The notes under the pieces: model-generated
Database searches by the model: none
Seen by the model: the letters and a program-made list of their open reading frames with translations, nothing else
What the model was told of the DNA's origin: nothing
Shown here: positions 37,023 to 46,523 of the stretch, one piece after another
How positions within the stretch are numbered: the stretch's first letter is position 1
Layout of the letters: each line of letters begins with the position of its first letter
NCBI GenBank assembly: GCA_038227875.1
Contig: JBBRPR010000032.1
Coordinates: forward strand, 1 to 64,000
Length of the DNA: 64,000 bases
Reading direction: 5' to 3'
Origin: Planctomycetota bacterium
Lineage (GTDB): Bacteria; Planctomycetota; SZUA-567; H5-PLA8
Translations under genes and position numbers: made by a program

Positions 37023-38483
37023 CTATTCCCCCGCCGCCTGTTGGTCAGGCGTATAACTGACAAAGCGCAGAATGTCTTTCTGAAACGTCAGCTTCACGTT
37101 TCCGACCGGGCCGTTTCGGTTCTTCAACACCATCGCGTCGCCCACATTGATGTGCTCCGCGTTCTTCTCGAGGTTGTAGTACTCCTCGCGGTACAGCATG
37201 ATCACCACGTCGGCGTCCTGTTCGATCGACCCCGATTCGCGCAAGTCGGACAGCTGCGGGCGCTTGTCGTTGTCGCGCTTTTCCGCGGAGCGGTTGAGCT
37301 GCGACAGGACGATCACGGGAATTTCCATTTCACGTGCGATCGCCTTCAGGCCACGCGAGATTTCCGCGACTTCCTGTTCGCGGTTGTCACGCTTGCCCGG
37401 CGGCCCCTGCATCAGCTGCAGGTAGTCGATGACGACAAGACGAATATCCTGGCGCTGGCGTAGCCGCCGGACTCGTGCACGTAGTGCGTTAATGGAAATC
37501 CCTGAAGTGTCATCGATATAAATCGGTGCACTCTGTAGAACTTTTCCCCAGAAGCGCATGTCTTCGAACTCTTTTTCGTCGAAATCGTAGCGGCGCATGC
37601 GCTGCGCAGAGAGCCCCGCCTGCGCGCACAGAATGTTCTTGGCGACCTGCTCGCGCGGCATTTCCAAGCTGAAGATGGCAGTGGGTTTAACCGTCTTTTC
37701 GTGGCCCACGGAAATCTGTCGCGCGATGTTGATCGCGAACGTGGTTTTACCCATCGACGGGCGGCCGGCGATAATAATTAATTCTCCCGGCCACAATCCG
37801 CCGGACATCAAACGATCCAGGTCGACGAAGTGGGTCGGCAGCGCCGGCGATTCGATCTCACGCCCTTCGCGCTTGGCGGCCTGAACTTTTTCGGCGTTCT
37901 CGAGCGCCTTGGTCATCATGTCGACCATCGGCACGGCGTCGTTGTTGGACCGCTTGTCGGAGATCTTGAAGATGATCTGCTCGGCTTCTTCGATCAGCTC
38001 GTCGCTGCGCAGCGCGCCGGGCGTCTGCACGCGCTGCAGAATCGTGGCCGCGGCGACGAGCAATTCGCGCTCAACGGCGCGTTCGCGGACGAGGCGGCAG
38101 TAGTTTTCGATGCCCGCGGCGCTGGGCGTGTCCATCATCAGCTTGCCGACTTCATCGCGGCCGCCGACGGAATCCAACAGGCCCTGACGCGTCAGTTCGG
38201 AGACGGCGACGAGCTCGTCGAGATTCTCGGACTTCTGGAAGAGTTCGCTTAAGACTTTGAAGAGCGTGCGGTGCCGCGGCAGGTAGAAATCGTCGGGCTT
38301 GAGTTCTTCGATGGCGACATAAGCGGCCTGAGACTCGATGAGCATCGAGCCTAAAACGCCACGCTCGGCCTGTTCATCGAACGGAGGGACTTTCTCCAGA
38401 TTCGATTCGGGCTTGCGTAATGCGTCATTTGCAGCACTGCCGCGTGATTCCTCACGCTCAGCAGAGCCACGGCCGGTCGCCAT
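37023..38483 (-). CDS. dnaB: Replicative DNA helicase DnaB
   Basis: AERGVLGSML, AGRPSMGKTT, IDYLQLM, LSQLNR, SDLRESGSIEQDAD, KNRNGP. Confidence 0.98.
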   Translation of the reverse strand: MATGRGSAEREESRGSAANDALRKPESNLEKVPPFDEQAERGVLGSMLIESQAAYVAIEELKPDDFYLPRHRTLFKVLSELFQKSENLDELVAVSELTRQGLLDSVGGRDEVGKLMMDTPSAAGIENYCRLVRERAVERELLVAAATILQRVQTPGALRSDELIEEAEQIIFKISDKRSNNDAVPMVDMMTKALENAEKVQAAKREGREIESPALPTHFVDLDRLMSGGLWPGELIIIAGRPSMGKTTFAINIARQISVGHEKTVKPTAIFSLEMPREQVAKNILCAQAGLSAQRMRRYDFDEKEFEDMRFWGKVLQSAPIYIDDTSGISINALRARVRRLRQRQDIRLVVIDYLQLMQGPPGKRDNREQEVAEISRGLKAIAREMEIPVIVLSQLNRSAEKRDNDKRPQLSDLRESGSIEQDADVVIMLYREEYYNLEKNAEHINVGDAMVLKNRNGPVGNVKLTFQKDILRFVSYTPDQQAAGE

Positions 38484-38796
38484 GGATCCCCCCCAACCCC
38501 ATTGCGTACTTATCGCGATGTTTGCCTGCAGCCAGAGCAGTCCTTGACCGACGCCGCCAACGCCTTTACAGCCAGGCGTTCACGGAGAACAGTGGCGGAA
38601 CGGACTTCGTTGTGGCTGCGAACTTGAATTAAACGCCCAAGCGACAAAAACCTTCGTGGAAATGCCTGTCGATAAAGGCTTTTCCACGCAGGTCGGGCTA
38701 TTTCTTAATTCAGGCTCTTGGACCCAGATGCTAACCGGACCGGTTAAATTTTCCATCGAAAGCACAGGGAATGTGAAGGGTTGTTATATTCGTGCA

Positions 38797-38845
38797 ATCC
38801 GTTTTCGTTCAATGAGTTATAACATAAATTGAACGAAAAACGGAT
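38797..38845 (-). terminator. Stem-loop downstream of rplI
   Basis: ATCCGTTTTCGTTCAAT..ATTGAACGAAAAACGGAT inverted repeat. Confidence 0.55.
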
Positions 38846-38870
38846 GCAGCGCTTCACCTGTGCACGGCTT

Positions 38871-39320
38871 TTAGTCGCCTTCGGCCACGATCCAGACCTT
38901 GATCACGGCTTCCGCGCCCGGGGCCAGCTTCAACGTAACATCAGGCGTGCCCAAGGTTTTGAAGGGCGCTTCAATGGCGACGGCAGCGGCGGGAACGTGG
39001 ATCTTGTGTTCGGCCAGAATCGCTTTCGCAATTTCTTCTTGGCCCACCGATCCATACAACTTTTCTTCCTGCGCCTTGGCGGAGATCGTCACCGAGCGGC
39101 CGTTCAGCATTTCAGCCACCGATTTGAGCTCTTCCACGCGCTTCTGTTCGCGGACCAGGCGGCGCTTGCGTTCCGCTTCGATCTGCTTTTCAGAATCGGC
39201 GGTGCAGAGGTAGGCCATCTGGCGGGGCAGCAGGTAGTTGCGCGCAAATCCGTCGCGCACTTCGACCACTTCACCCAGCTTGCCCAGCTTCTCAATGTCG
39301 TCGCGCAAAATGACTTTCAT
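38871..39320 (-). CDS. rplI: 50S ribosomal protein L9
   Basis: MKVILRDDIEKLGKLGEVVEVRDGFARNYLLP; KLYGSV. Confidence 0.98.
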   Translation of the reverse strand: MKVILRDDIEKLGKLGEVVEVRDGFARNYLLPRQMAYLCTADSEKQIEAERKRRLVREQKRVEELKSVAEMLNGRSVTISAKAQEEKLYGSVGQEEIAKAILAEHKIHVPAAAVAIEAPFKTLGTPDVTLKLAPGAEAVIKVWIVAEGD

Positions 39321-39436
39321 GTCGTTCTCTCCACTAAAAATGCATGCTTTAGCACAACAGCAATTCAACAATTCGCTGATTTGAGCCACCCGCTGCGCTC
39401 AAATCCCGGTCATTCGACTTTCGCCGCTCAACTTTC

Positions 39437-39703
39437 TTAGCGTCCAACGAACGGCAACAACGCCAGCAATCGCGCGCGCTTGACGGCGATCTGGATGCGG
39501 CGCTGACAGAACGCGCAGGCGCCCGACCGCTTGCGGGAGAACAGCTTGCCCTGCGGGGTCACCAGCTTCATCAGCATGCGGGTGTCCTTGTAGTCGACGT
39601 TGCACTTGCCGTCCTTCATGAAGCGGCACGCGCCACGCCGGCCGCGGAATCCGCCCATGCCGCCGTCGCGATCTTCTCTGCTCTGGAATTCTCGTTCAGC
39701 CAC
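39437..39703 (-). CDS. rpsR: 30S ribosomal protein S18
   Basis: VDYKD..GKLFSRKRSG..QRRIQIAVKRARLLALLPF; AAGGAG before the GTG. Confidence 0.97.
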   Translation of the reverse strand: MAEREFQSREDRDGGMGGFRGRRGACRFMKDGKCNVDYKDTRMLMKLVTPQGKLFSRKRSGACAFCQRRIQIAVKRARLLALLPFVGR

Positions 39704-39778
39704 GTGTCTTGCTCCTTATGCTTATGTGTTCTGGTCGTAACCTTCGTACTGTTTTGAAACTCTAAACGTCTCGACGTC

Positions 39779-40297
39779 TTAAAACGGAATGTTCTCTTCG
39801 GGAATGTCCAGGTCTTCCGGTTCCGGACCGGAGTCCATGTCGTTGGGCTGCTGATGCTGCGGCGGAGCCTGACGCTGCTGCGGGGGACGCGGAGGACGAT
39901 TGGCCGGCGCGCCGCCGCCCTGTCCACCACCACCACCACCGCTGCCACCGGGACCACCCTGTCCGCCACCGACGAATTGAATGCGATCGGCGACGACCTT
40001 CAACTTCGAACGCTTCTGGCCGGTGGTCTTGTCGTCCCACTGGTCCAGCTTGAGCCGGCCTTCGACGAAAATCGGCCGGCCTTTGCTCAGGTACTGATGC
40101 GCCGTCTCGGCGGTTTTGCCGAAGGCGTCGATGTCCACGAACGTGACTTCTTCGCGCAGCTCGTTGGTCTTCGTGTCGCGGAACTTGCGGTTGACCGCCA
40201 GCCCCAACTGCGCCACGGCCATGCCCGAGGGCGTATAGCGCATCTCAATATCGCGCGTCAGGTTTCCCATGAGCAGTACTTTGTTCAGGCTCGCCAT
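39779..40297 (-). CDS. ssb: Single-stranded DNA-binding protein
   Basis: [22 protein letters not shown], acidic tail ending EENIPF. Confidence 0.98.
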   Translation of the reverse strand: MASLNKVLLMGNLTRDIEMRYTPSGMAVAQLGLAVNRKFRDTKTNELREEVTFVDIDAFGKTAETAHQYLSKGRPIFVEGRLKLDQWDDKTTGQKRSKLKVVADRIQFVGGGQGGPGGSGGGGGGQGGGAPANRPPRPPQQRQAPPQHQQPNDMDSGPEPEDLDIPEENIPF

Positions 40298-40359
40298 GTT
40301 TATAGTTCTCCACACTGGCTTTCCAGAGGTCCTGCACTCACCCATTCCGCTGAACCGAT

Positions 40360-40514
40360 AGGGGTCAGGGGTCAGGGGCCAGGGGTCAGCGATCGTTCAT
40401 CGCTGACATCCTACATGAACTCCACTTTCACTTTCGATCGCACAAGCAACGTCTTCAAGCCGAGTCACTAAGCCAAGGGTGCTTTTTCTGTTCTGACCCC
40501 TGACTCCTGACCCC
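40360..40514. repeat. Inverted pair of heptamer arrays in the rpsF-ssb spacer
   Basis: (GGGGTCA)2 GGGGCCA GGGGTCA at 40361-40388 and TGACCCC TGACTCC TGACCCC at 40494-40514. Confidence 0.8.
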
Positions 40515-40521
40515 TGCAGTA

Positions 40522-41106
40522 CTAGTGCCGGGGACCCGAGGACGAACCGCCGCTCGATCCACCCGGACGCGGGCCACGGCGATCGCCGCCGCCACCACCG
40601 CCGAAGAACCGGCGTTCGCCGCCGCCGCCACCACCACCGCCGCCACCGAAGCCGCCGCCGAAATCGTCATCGTCCAGCGCGCGCACCGGCGGAGAGGTCG
40701 TCAGACCGTCTTCGTCCACGGTGATCATGTGGCGCAGCACGACTTCCGAGAGGCGCGCGTTACGGTCAATCTTGATCACGGCTTCCGTCGGAGCGGAGAA
40801 GTGATTGATGATGTACAGACCGCGCTTGCGCTTCTTGATCTGGTAGGCCAGGCGGCGTTCTTCCCACTTGTCCGCGTTGAGCCACGTGCCGCCGCCCTTC
40901 TCGACGATCTCCTTCAGCGCCACGATTACCTTGTTGTAGTCTTCGCGGCCCGTGTTCGCGTCGACCACCCACATGCACTCGTACAAGCGCACGCCGGTGG
41001 GCAGTTCCGGAGTCGGCATCACCGGAGCGGGTGCCGCAACAGGAGCGGCCGCTGCCGGAGTCGCCGCAGCTGCGGGAGCCGCCGGGGGTGTTGTGCTGTC
41101 GGACAT
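40522..41106 (-). CDS. rpsF: 30S ribosomal protein S6 with Ala/Pro N-terminal and Gly-rich C-terminal extensions
   Basis: RLYECMW..KWEERRLAYQIKK..GLY..SEVVLRHMI. Confidence 0.95.
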   Translation of the reverse strand: MSDSTTPPAAPAAAATPAAAAPVAAPAPVMPTPELPTGVRLYECMWVVDANTGREDYNKVIVALKEIVEKGGGTWLNADKWEERRLAYQIKKRKRGLYIINHFSAPTEAVIKIDRNARLSEVVLRHMITVDEDGLTTSPPVRALDDDDFGGGFGGGGGGGGGGERRFFGGGGGGDRRGPRPGGSSGGSSSGPRH

Positions 41107-41168
41107 AGTCTGTGTCTCCTTTTTCGTTTCTGCTTTTCTGCGTTCGTCGTTTCTTTTTTGGTACTGCC

Positions 41169-41810
41169 TCAATCCTGCTTACTGCTCCTGCCGTCTGCCT
41201 TCTTGCCTTTTTCCGGCGCGTTGAATTTGTTCATCGCCGCTTCGATGCCCTGCGCGGCCCAGTACAAACTCGCTTCGCACGCCACGTCCATCGACTTCGC
41301 CAGCACCGTCTCTTCTTCCTGCGAGAACCGGCCCAGCACGTGGCCGGCAAGGTTCTCGGGCTGGCGTTCGGTACTCGAATCCCGTCCGCCGACCCCCAGC
41401 CGCAGGCGCGCGTAATCCTGCGTCGCCAGCGTGCGGGTGATGTCCTTCAGGCCATTGTGTCCGCCATCCGAACCGCCACGCCGCATGCGGATGGCGCCCA
41501 CCGGCAGCGCCACGTCGTCCACGATCACCAGCACATCCTGCACGGCAACTTTGAAGTACCCGGTAAAGCTCACCACTGTTTCGCCGGACAGATTCATGAA
41601 CGTCTGCGGCTTGACCAGCAGCAACTTTCCGTCGTCGCCATCCTTCAATCTGCCAGTCTGTTCGGCGCTGGCATATTCGCCTTTGAACTTGTTCCGGTCG
41701 ACCTGCACGCCCAGCTTTCCGGCGAGCAGATCGATGACGCGAAACCCAACGTTATGCCGCGTCTTTGCGTACTGCGCGCCAGGATTGCCAAGTCCCACAA
41801 TCAATTTCAT
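41169..41810 (-). CDS. pth: Peptidyl-tRNA hydrolase
   Basis: LIVGLGNPG..TRHNVGF, KPQTFMNLSG, GGHNGLK. Confidence 0.98.
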   Translation of the reverse strand: MKLIVGLGNPGAQYAKTRHNVGFRVIDLLAGKLGVQVDRNKFKGEYASAEQTGRLKDGDDGKLLLVKPQTFMNLSGETVVSFTGYFKVAVQDVLVIVDDVALPVGAIRMRRGGSDGGHNGLKDITRTLATQDYARLRLGVGGRDSSTERQPENLAGHVLGRFSQEEETVLAKSMDVACEASLYWAAQGIEAAMNKFNAPEKGKKADGRSSKQD

Positions 41811-41839
41811 GGCGCGCTTCCCAGCTCTTGATCAAGCCG

Positions 41840-42520
41840 CTATTTCTTCGCGTCTTTCTTCTCTTCTTTTTTCTCGGGGACCTTCGGTCCACCTTCGGCC
41901 GCCGCGCCTTCTTCGTCCTTCTTCGCGGTGAGCACAATCGGTTCGGTCGGCGCGCCTTCGGCCGGTGCGGCTTCTTCCGTGCGCGGTTCGTGCACGGCCA
42001 CGACGACGATGTCGCCATTGTCCGTCGCGGTCACGCCGTCGGGCAGCTTGATTTCGCGGACGTGGAGCGCGTCGTCAACGTCCAGCGGTTCGACATCGAC
42101 AATGATTTTGTCGGGAATCTGCGTCGGCAGACATTCCACGTGCATGGTGTGCAGGGGCTGATGGAGCACGCCGCCCTTGCCGTGGCCCTTGGGCACGCCC
42201 TTGAGCACCACCGAGATGGCGACGCGGACCTTCTGGCCTTCCTTCAGTTCGTTGAAGTCGACGTGGAGCGTGTCGTCGCCCATCGGACCGTACTGCACGT
42301 CCTTGATCAGGACCTGCTTGGGGCCGCCGTCGAGCTTCAGGGTGACCACGCGTTCGCCGGAGGCCAGGACCTTCTTCCATTCGTTCAACGGAACGGAAAG
42401 GTTCGTGCCTTCCTTGCCTTCGCGGTACATCACCGCCGGAACGCGGTCCTCGCGGCGCAGCCGCGCGGCGGCATGGCGTCCCTTTTCGGTTCGAAGTGTG
42501 GCTGACAGTTCACGGGCCAT
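41840..42520 (-). CDS. rplY: 50S ribosomal protein L25/general stress protein Ctc
   Basis: ARLRREDRVPAVMY, LHVDF, C-terminal Ctc beta domain. Confidence 0.96.
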   Translation of the reverse strand: MARELSATLRTEKGRHAAARLRREDRVPAVMYREGKEGTNLSVPLNEWKKVLASGERVVTLKLDGGPKQVLIKDVQYGPMGDDTLHVDFNELKEGQKVRVAISVVLKGVPKGHGKGGVLHQPLHTMHVECLPTQIPDKIIVDVEPLDVDDALHVREIKLPDGVTATDNGDIVVVAVHEPRTEEAAPAEGAPTEPIVLTAKKDEEGAAAEGGPKVPEKKEEKKDAKK

Positions 42521-42559
42521 AGTCGTTCTCCTTACGCTTTACGCTCTGCTTTTTCGCGT

Positions 42560-44284
42560 TCAAACAAACAATTCGCTGACGCTCAGGTTCCGATGGGTGC
42601 GCATGATCGCCTCGCCCAACAGCGGCGCGACGCTCAGCACTTTCAAGTTCACGTTTTCAGGACGCTTCTTCAATTCAATCGTGTCGCAGACGGCCAGTTC
42701 CGACACGTTCATGCCGTTGAGCCGCTCGAAGGCGCGGCCGCAGAAGACCGGGTGCGTGGCCATCAAAATCACGCTCCGCGCACCGTACTCCAGCGCAGTT
42801 TCCACCGCCTGCTTGACCGAACCGGCCGTGGAAATCATGTCGTCGACGATCAGCGTGTTGCGCCCCTTGATCTCACCGACCACGTGGCCCTTCACGACTT
42901 CCGAATCGCCGACGCGGCGCTTGTCGATCACCGCCAGCGTGCCGTTGAGGCGACGCGCGAAATTGTTCGCCATCTTGATGCGGCCCGGATCGGGGCTCAG
43001 GATGGTCAGGTCGGGCAGATTCAATTCCTGCATGTGCTTGAGCTGCACGCGCGTGGCGTAGAGATGGTCCACCGGCAGGTCGAAGAACCCTTGAATCTGT
43101 TCGGCGTGCAATTCGACGCACATCACCCGGTCCGCGCCGGCCTGCGTGATCAGATTGGCGACGAGCTTCGCCGTGATCGGCACGCGGCCTTCGTGCTTGC
43201 GGTCCTGGCGCGCATAGCCAAAGTACGGCATCACCGCCGTGATCCGCTGCGCCGAAGCGCGGCGGCAGGCGTCGATCAGCACCAGCAGTTCCATCAGGTG
43301 ATCGTTCACCGGAGGACTCGTCGGCTGGACGATGTACACGTCGCGGCCGCGGATGTCTTCTTCGATGCGGATCTTCGTTTCGCCGTCGGGGAAGTGGCTG
43401 ACTTCGGCCTTGCCCAGCGGAATGCCCAGGTAGGCGCAGATGTCGTCGGCCAGCTTCGGGTTGGCGTTGCCGGTGAAGATGCGCAGGTTGTGGTAGAGCT
43501 CCGCCGAAAAATCCATCGAGCCATCGCTGCCGGCCGTGGCGTAACGGTCGGAGAGCAGCTTGTCGGCCGTCTGCAGCTCGGCCGGAGTGTTGATGCCCAG
43601 CACTTCCACCGCGCTGTGCGCCTTTACCGCGACCACGGACAGGCCGTTCTTAACCAGCATGCCGATGGTGTCGGTGAGGTAAAATTCTTCCTGCGCGTTG
43701 TCGTTGCGCAGCTGGCTGAGCGCCGGAAAGAGCTTGCCGGGCCCGAAGACGTACGTGCCGGAATTGATCTCGTCGATCTTGCGCTGATCGGGCGTCGCGT
43801 CGCGATTTTCGACGATCGACTTCACGTTGCCCTTTTCGTCGCGCAGGATGCGGCCGTAGGCGTGATCGCCGGCGACCTTGCCCGTCAGCACCACCGCGCC
43901 GGCCTTCGTCTCTGCCTGCTTGTCGACCAGCTGGCGGATCGTTCCCGCGCGGAGCAGCGGCACGTCACCGGAGAGCACCGCGATCGGGCCCTTCCAGCTT
44001 CCCAGCAGCGCTTCGGTGCAGCGCGCGGCATGGCCGGTGCCCAGCTGTTTTTCCTGGACGCAGTGATCCACGTCCGGATCGAGCACCTTTACGACCTGTT
44101 CGCGGCCATAGCCGAGAACCACGACAATCTTGGACGCGCCGGCCGCCTTGGCGGACTTGACGACCCAGTCAATCAGGGGACGGCCGCGGAGCATGTGGAG
44201 CACTTTGGGAATGTCCGACCCCATGCGCTTGCCCTGTCCGGCAGCCATGATGATCGCAGCAAAACCCGTCTTTGATCCAGCCAT
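42560..44284 (-). CDS. glmU-prs: Fused GlmU-type uridyltransferase domain + ribose-phosphate pyrophosphokinase
   Basis: N-terminal: IMAAGQGKRMGSDIPKVLH, QLGTGHA, EINSGTY, NAQEEFYLTD, GINT. C-terminal: FPDGET, PYFGYARQDRK, IQGFFD, VDDMISTAGS. No stop between the two parts. Confidence 0.92.
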   Translation of the reverse strand: MAGSKTGFAAIIMAAGQGKRMGSDIPKVLHMLRGRPLIDWVVKSAKAAGASKIVVVLGYGREQVVKVLDPDVDHCVQEKQLGTGHAARCTEALLGSWKGPIAVLSGDVPLLRAGTIRQLVDKQAETKAGAVVLTGKVAGDHAYGRILRDEKGNVKSIVENRDATPDQRKIDEINSGTYVFGPGKLFPALSQLRNDNAQEEFYLTDTIGMLVKNGLSVVAVKAHSAVEVLGINTPAELQTADKLLSDRYATAGSDGSMDFSAELYHNLRIFTGNANPKLADDICAYLGIPLGKAEVSHFPDGETKIRIEEDIRGRDVYIVQPTSPPVNDHLMELLVLIDACRRASAQRITAVMPYFGYARQDRKHEGRVPITAKLVANLITQAGADRVMCVELHAEQIQGFFDLPVDHLYATRVQLKHMQELNLPDLTILSPDPGRIKMANNFARRLNGTLAVIDKRRVGDSEVVKGHVVGEIKGRNTLIVDDMISTAGSVKQAVETALEYGARSVILMATHPVFCGRAFERLNGMNVSELAVCDTIELKKRPENVNLKVLSVAPLLGEAIMRTHRNLSVSELFV

Positions 44285-44594
44285 GTTTGATCCTGTTCCA
44301 GAAAATGCGATCACCGTCAGCGGGCGAATCTGCGCGCTGAGAGCATCGCAACCCCGAACACATCAACATCTAGAGTGAAAAGTGCCCAACTACTTCAACA
44401 ACGTTGTCCTCTGGCGAGAGTCTCGGTCCGCATCCCTTATATGGAGCTTTAAGGAACGCAGTGCCTCTCTAAGCATGGCTTGGAATTGCTGCCTCCAACC
44501 GTGCTCTGTCCATCCGTCACGTCAGGGGGACACCTGAAGCGACCGGGGGTTTATAGGGGAGGGCAGTGGTGATGTCAAATCAGAATGCAGTTTC

Positions 44595-44773
44595 GTAGTC
44601 CGGGCGTCCCGCCCGGTCAAATCTCAGAAAAGGCGAACAGGTCAAATTCGTTCGATAGACGAGCTATCGTGCGAAGCCATCGCCCTTCGCTCTCGCGGTA
44701 AAGAACGCGCCGCTCGGAAAGCATGTTGTTCTCGACGTGGATGAAGTCTGACCGGGCGGGACGCCCGGACTAC
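44595..44773. mobile_element. REPIN/MITE-like element: inverted GTAG REP pair with conserved spacer, copy B
   Basis: GTAGTCCGGGCGTCCCGCCCGGTC..GACCGGGCGGGACGCCCGGACTAC (24-bp perfect terminal inverted repeat). The spacer aligns by eye with 62028-62202. Confidence 0.75.
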
Positions 44774-44808
44774 GAACCGCCCGCTCGATCGCGCAAAAAA
44801 GATACACA

Positions 44809-45789
44809 TCACTTCTCTTCATCGTTCATCATTTCCTTCATCACCACGCCCGTGCCGCCGGGAATCTGCACGCCGAGGATCGCGCCCATCGTCGTCGCCA
44901 CGTCGATCTGCTCCCGCTTGGTCTCCAGGACGGCGTTTTTCTTGAAGTCCGGCCCCGCTGCGAAGCAGAGAATGTGGCGGCAGCTCGGGCAGTCGTCGCC
45001 GTGGCTGATGAATCCGTCGAAGTGCCCATCCGCATGGCGCCCGTGATCGTCGCTGATGAAAAACGCCGTCTTGTTGGCGTAAAACGGATCCTTCTGCAGC
45101 AGCTGCCACAATTCCCACGCGTAGCCGTCGCACTCCCGGATTGCCGCGAGGTACCCGTCCCAATTGCGCGCGTGGCCGTTGGCATCGGGCCCCTTCAGGT
45201 TGATCACCACCAGCCGCGGATGATCGCGCGGCAGAATCGTTTTGATCGCGTCGAACGTTTTGGAATCCTCGCGGTACGCGCTGCCCAACCCTTTCGTGCC
45301 GCAGTCGGTGCTGCAGCGGAATTTGCCCTTCCATTCCGGATCGGCGCAGTCGGCGAGCACCTCCAGCTTGTCTTTGGAGCAGATCAGCCACGCCGACGAC
45401 GCCGGCTGCCCGGAGGATTTCATCCAGAGCTGCAGCAGCGTCGGGAACTTCGGCAATTCCTTGCCCGCATTGTCGATCATCTGGTACTTCCCGGACGTCA
45501 GCGCCGCATGCCCCGGGTTGGTCACCGTCGGCCCGTTGTTCTTGAAGTCCGTGTAGACGCAGCCTTCCTTGGCCAGGTCGTTGAAGATGTGCGGAATGTA
45601 TTTGTGCTCCGGCTCGCCCCACGTCTCCGACCAGCGCGGCCCGTCGATCACCAGCAGCACGACATTCTCCGCCTTGAATTTCCGCGTCGCCATCGCCGCC
45701 GGAGTCGACGGTGTAGCGGGAGTCGCCGGCGTCTCCGCCGCGCAAACCGCGCTAACGAGCAGCGCGAACACCAGGCAGAATCGTTTCAT
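44809..45789 (-). CDS. Alkaline phosphatase superfamily metalloenzyme (exported)
   Basis: Signal peptide; VVLLVIDGPR, TNPGHAALTSG, PDANGH, ISDDHGR. Confidence 0.85.
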   Translation of the reverse strand: MKRFCLVFALLVSAVCAAETPATPATPSTPAAMATRKFKAENVVLLVIDGPRWSETWGEPEHKYIPHIFNDLAKEGCVYTDFKNNGPTVTNPGHAALTSGKYQMIDNAGKELPKFPTLLQLWMKSSGQPASSAWLICSKDKLEVLADCADPEWKGKFRCSTDCGTKGLGSAYREDSKTFDAIKTILPRDHPRLVVINLKGPDANGHARNWDGYLAAIRECDGYAWELWQLLQKDPFYANKTAFFISDDHGRHADGHFDGFISHGDDCPSCRHILCFAAGPDFKKNAVLETKREQIDVATTMGAILGVQIPGGTGVVMKEMMNDEEK

Positions 45790-46076
45790 GAATTCACCAC
45801 CACATTCCGGACGCGCTGATCAAAGCCATCGCCGTGCAGTCCGCCGCTGACGCGGATGCGCCAGTGTCCTCGTCCATCATGTAGCACGTCAATGGTTCCT
45901 GACGCGTCCGGCTCCAAATCTCGAATCAGCCGCACCAGCGTATCCGCCGGAATTCCCGGCGTGCGCCCCACCGCCAGAACCTGCACGCCCGACCCCGAAG
46001 CGCAAACCCGCACCCGAATCCCCCCATGCCACCGCACAGCAAACGAATCAGTCCATCGGTTCAGCGCAGCAATCAT
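45786..46076 (-). CDS. Small hypothetical protein (DUF3634-like)
   Basis: GGAGGG RBS, ATG at 46076, C-terminal FDQRVRN, ATGA overlap with the downstream gene. Confidence 0.55.
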   Translation of the reverse strand: MIAALNRWTDSFAVRWHGGIRVRVCASGSGVQVLAVGRTPGIPADTLVRLIRDLEPDASGTIDVLHDGRGHWRIRVSGGLHGDGFDQRVRNVVVNS

Positions 46077-46523
46077 AGCGCCCTCCATCGTACCGAACGG
46101 AAGAGCGATTGCACGCCCCAGCCAAAAAACTCCCCCCATTATCTTGCTCCCCCTCACACGCGAGGGTGCCACTCGTCTGAAGCAGTTCTCAGACGAGTGC
46201 CTGCCCTGAGCTTGTCGAACGGGCGAGACGGACGCCGCGCTTGCAATTTGGACCATCCCGTCTCTCTTGCAATCAAACCGCTGCAGTGTGCCACTGGTGG
46301 CTCGTCCACCAGTGCCGAGCTCGCAGACTGAGAAGGATGGTTCGTTAAGCGTTGAAAGCGCGAGACGCATGCAGTTGCGGTTCATGCCGTTGCATTTGCC
46401 GTTGAAGCCGTTGCTTGCCACCGCCTTTAGGCGGTGGTGGCTGTTGATGCTGTTGCTGGCAGCCGGCTGGATGGAATACCTAGCCCTTCTTCGCGCCCTT
46501 GCGACTTGCTGCAGGCTCACCCC

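Noticed and set aside
37023..38483. Possible intein in DnaB
   Set aside because: The length is normal (486 aa) and the motifs are contiguous.
10932..44275. Long antisense ORFs (e.g. 10932-12767, 14982-17426, 29814-31586, 34419-36878, 42593-44275)
   Set aside because: They lie opposite recognisable genes and have no motifs. They are the expected shadows of high-GC codon bias.
44320..44590. tRNA-Gln, often found upstream of prs
   Set aside because: No cloverleaf or T-loop GTTCGA in a proper context on either strand.
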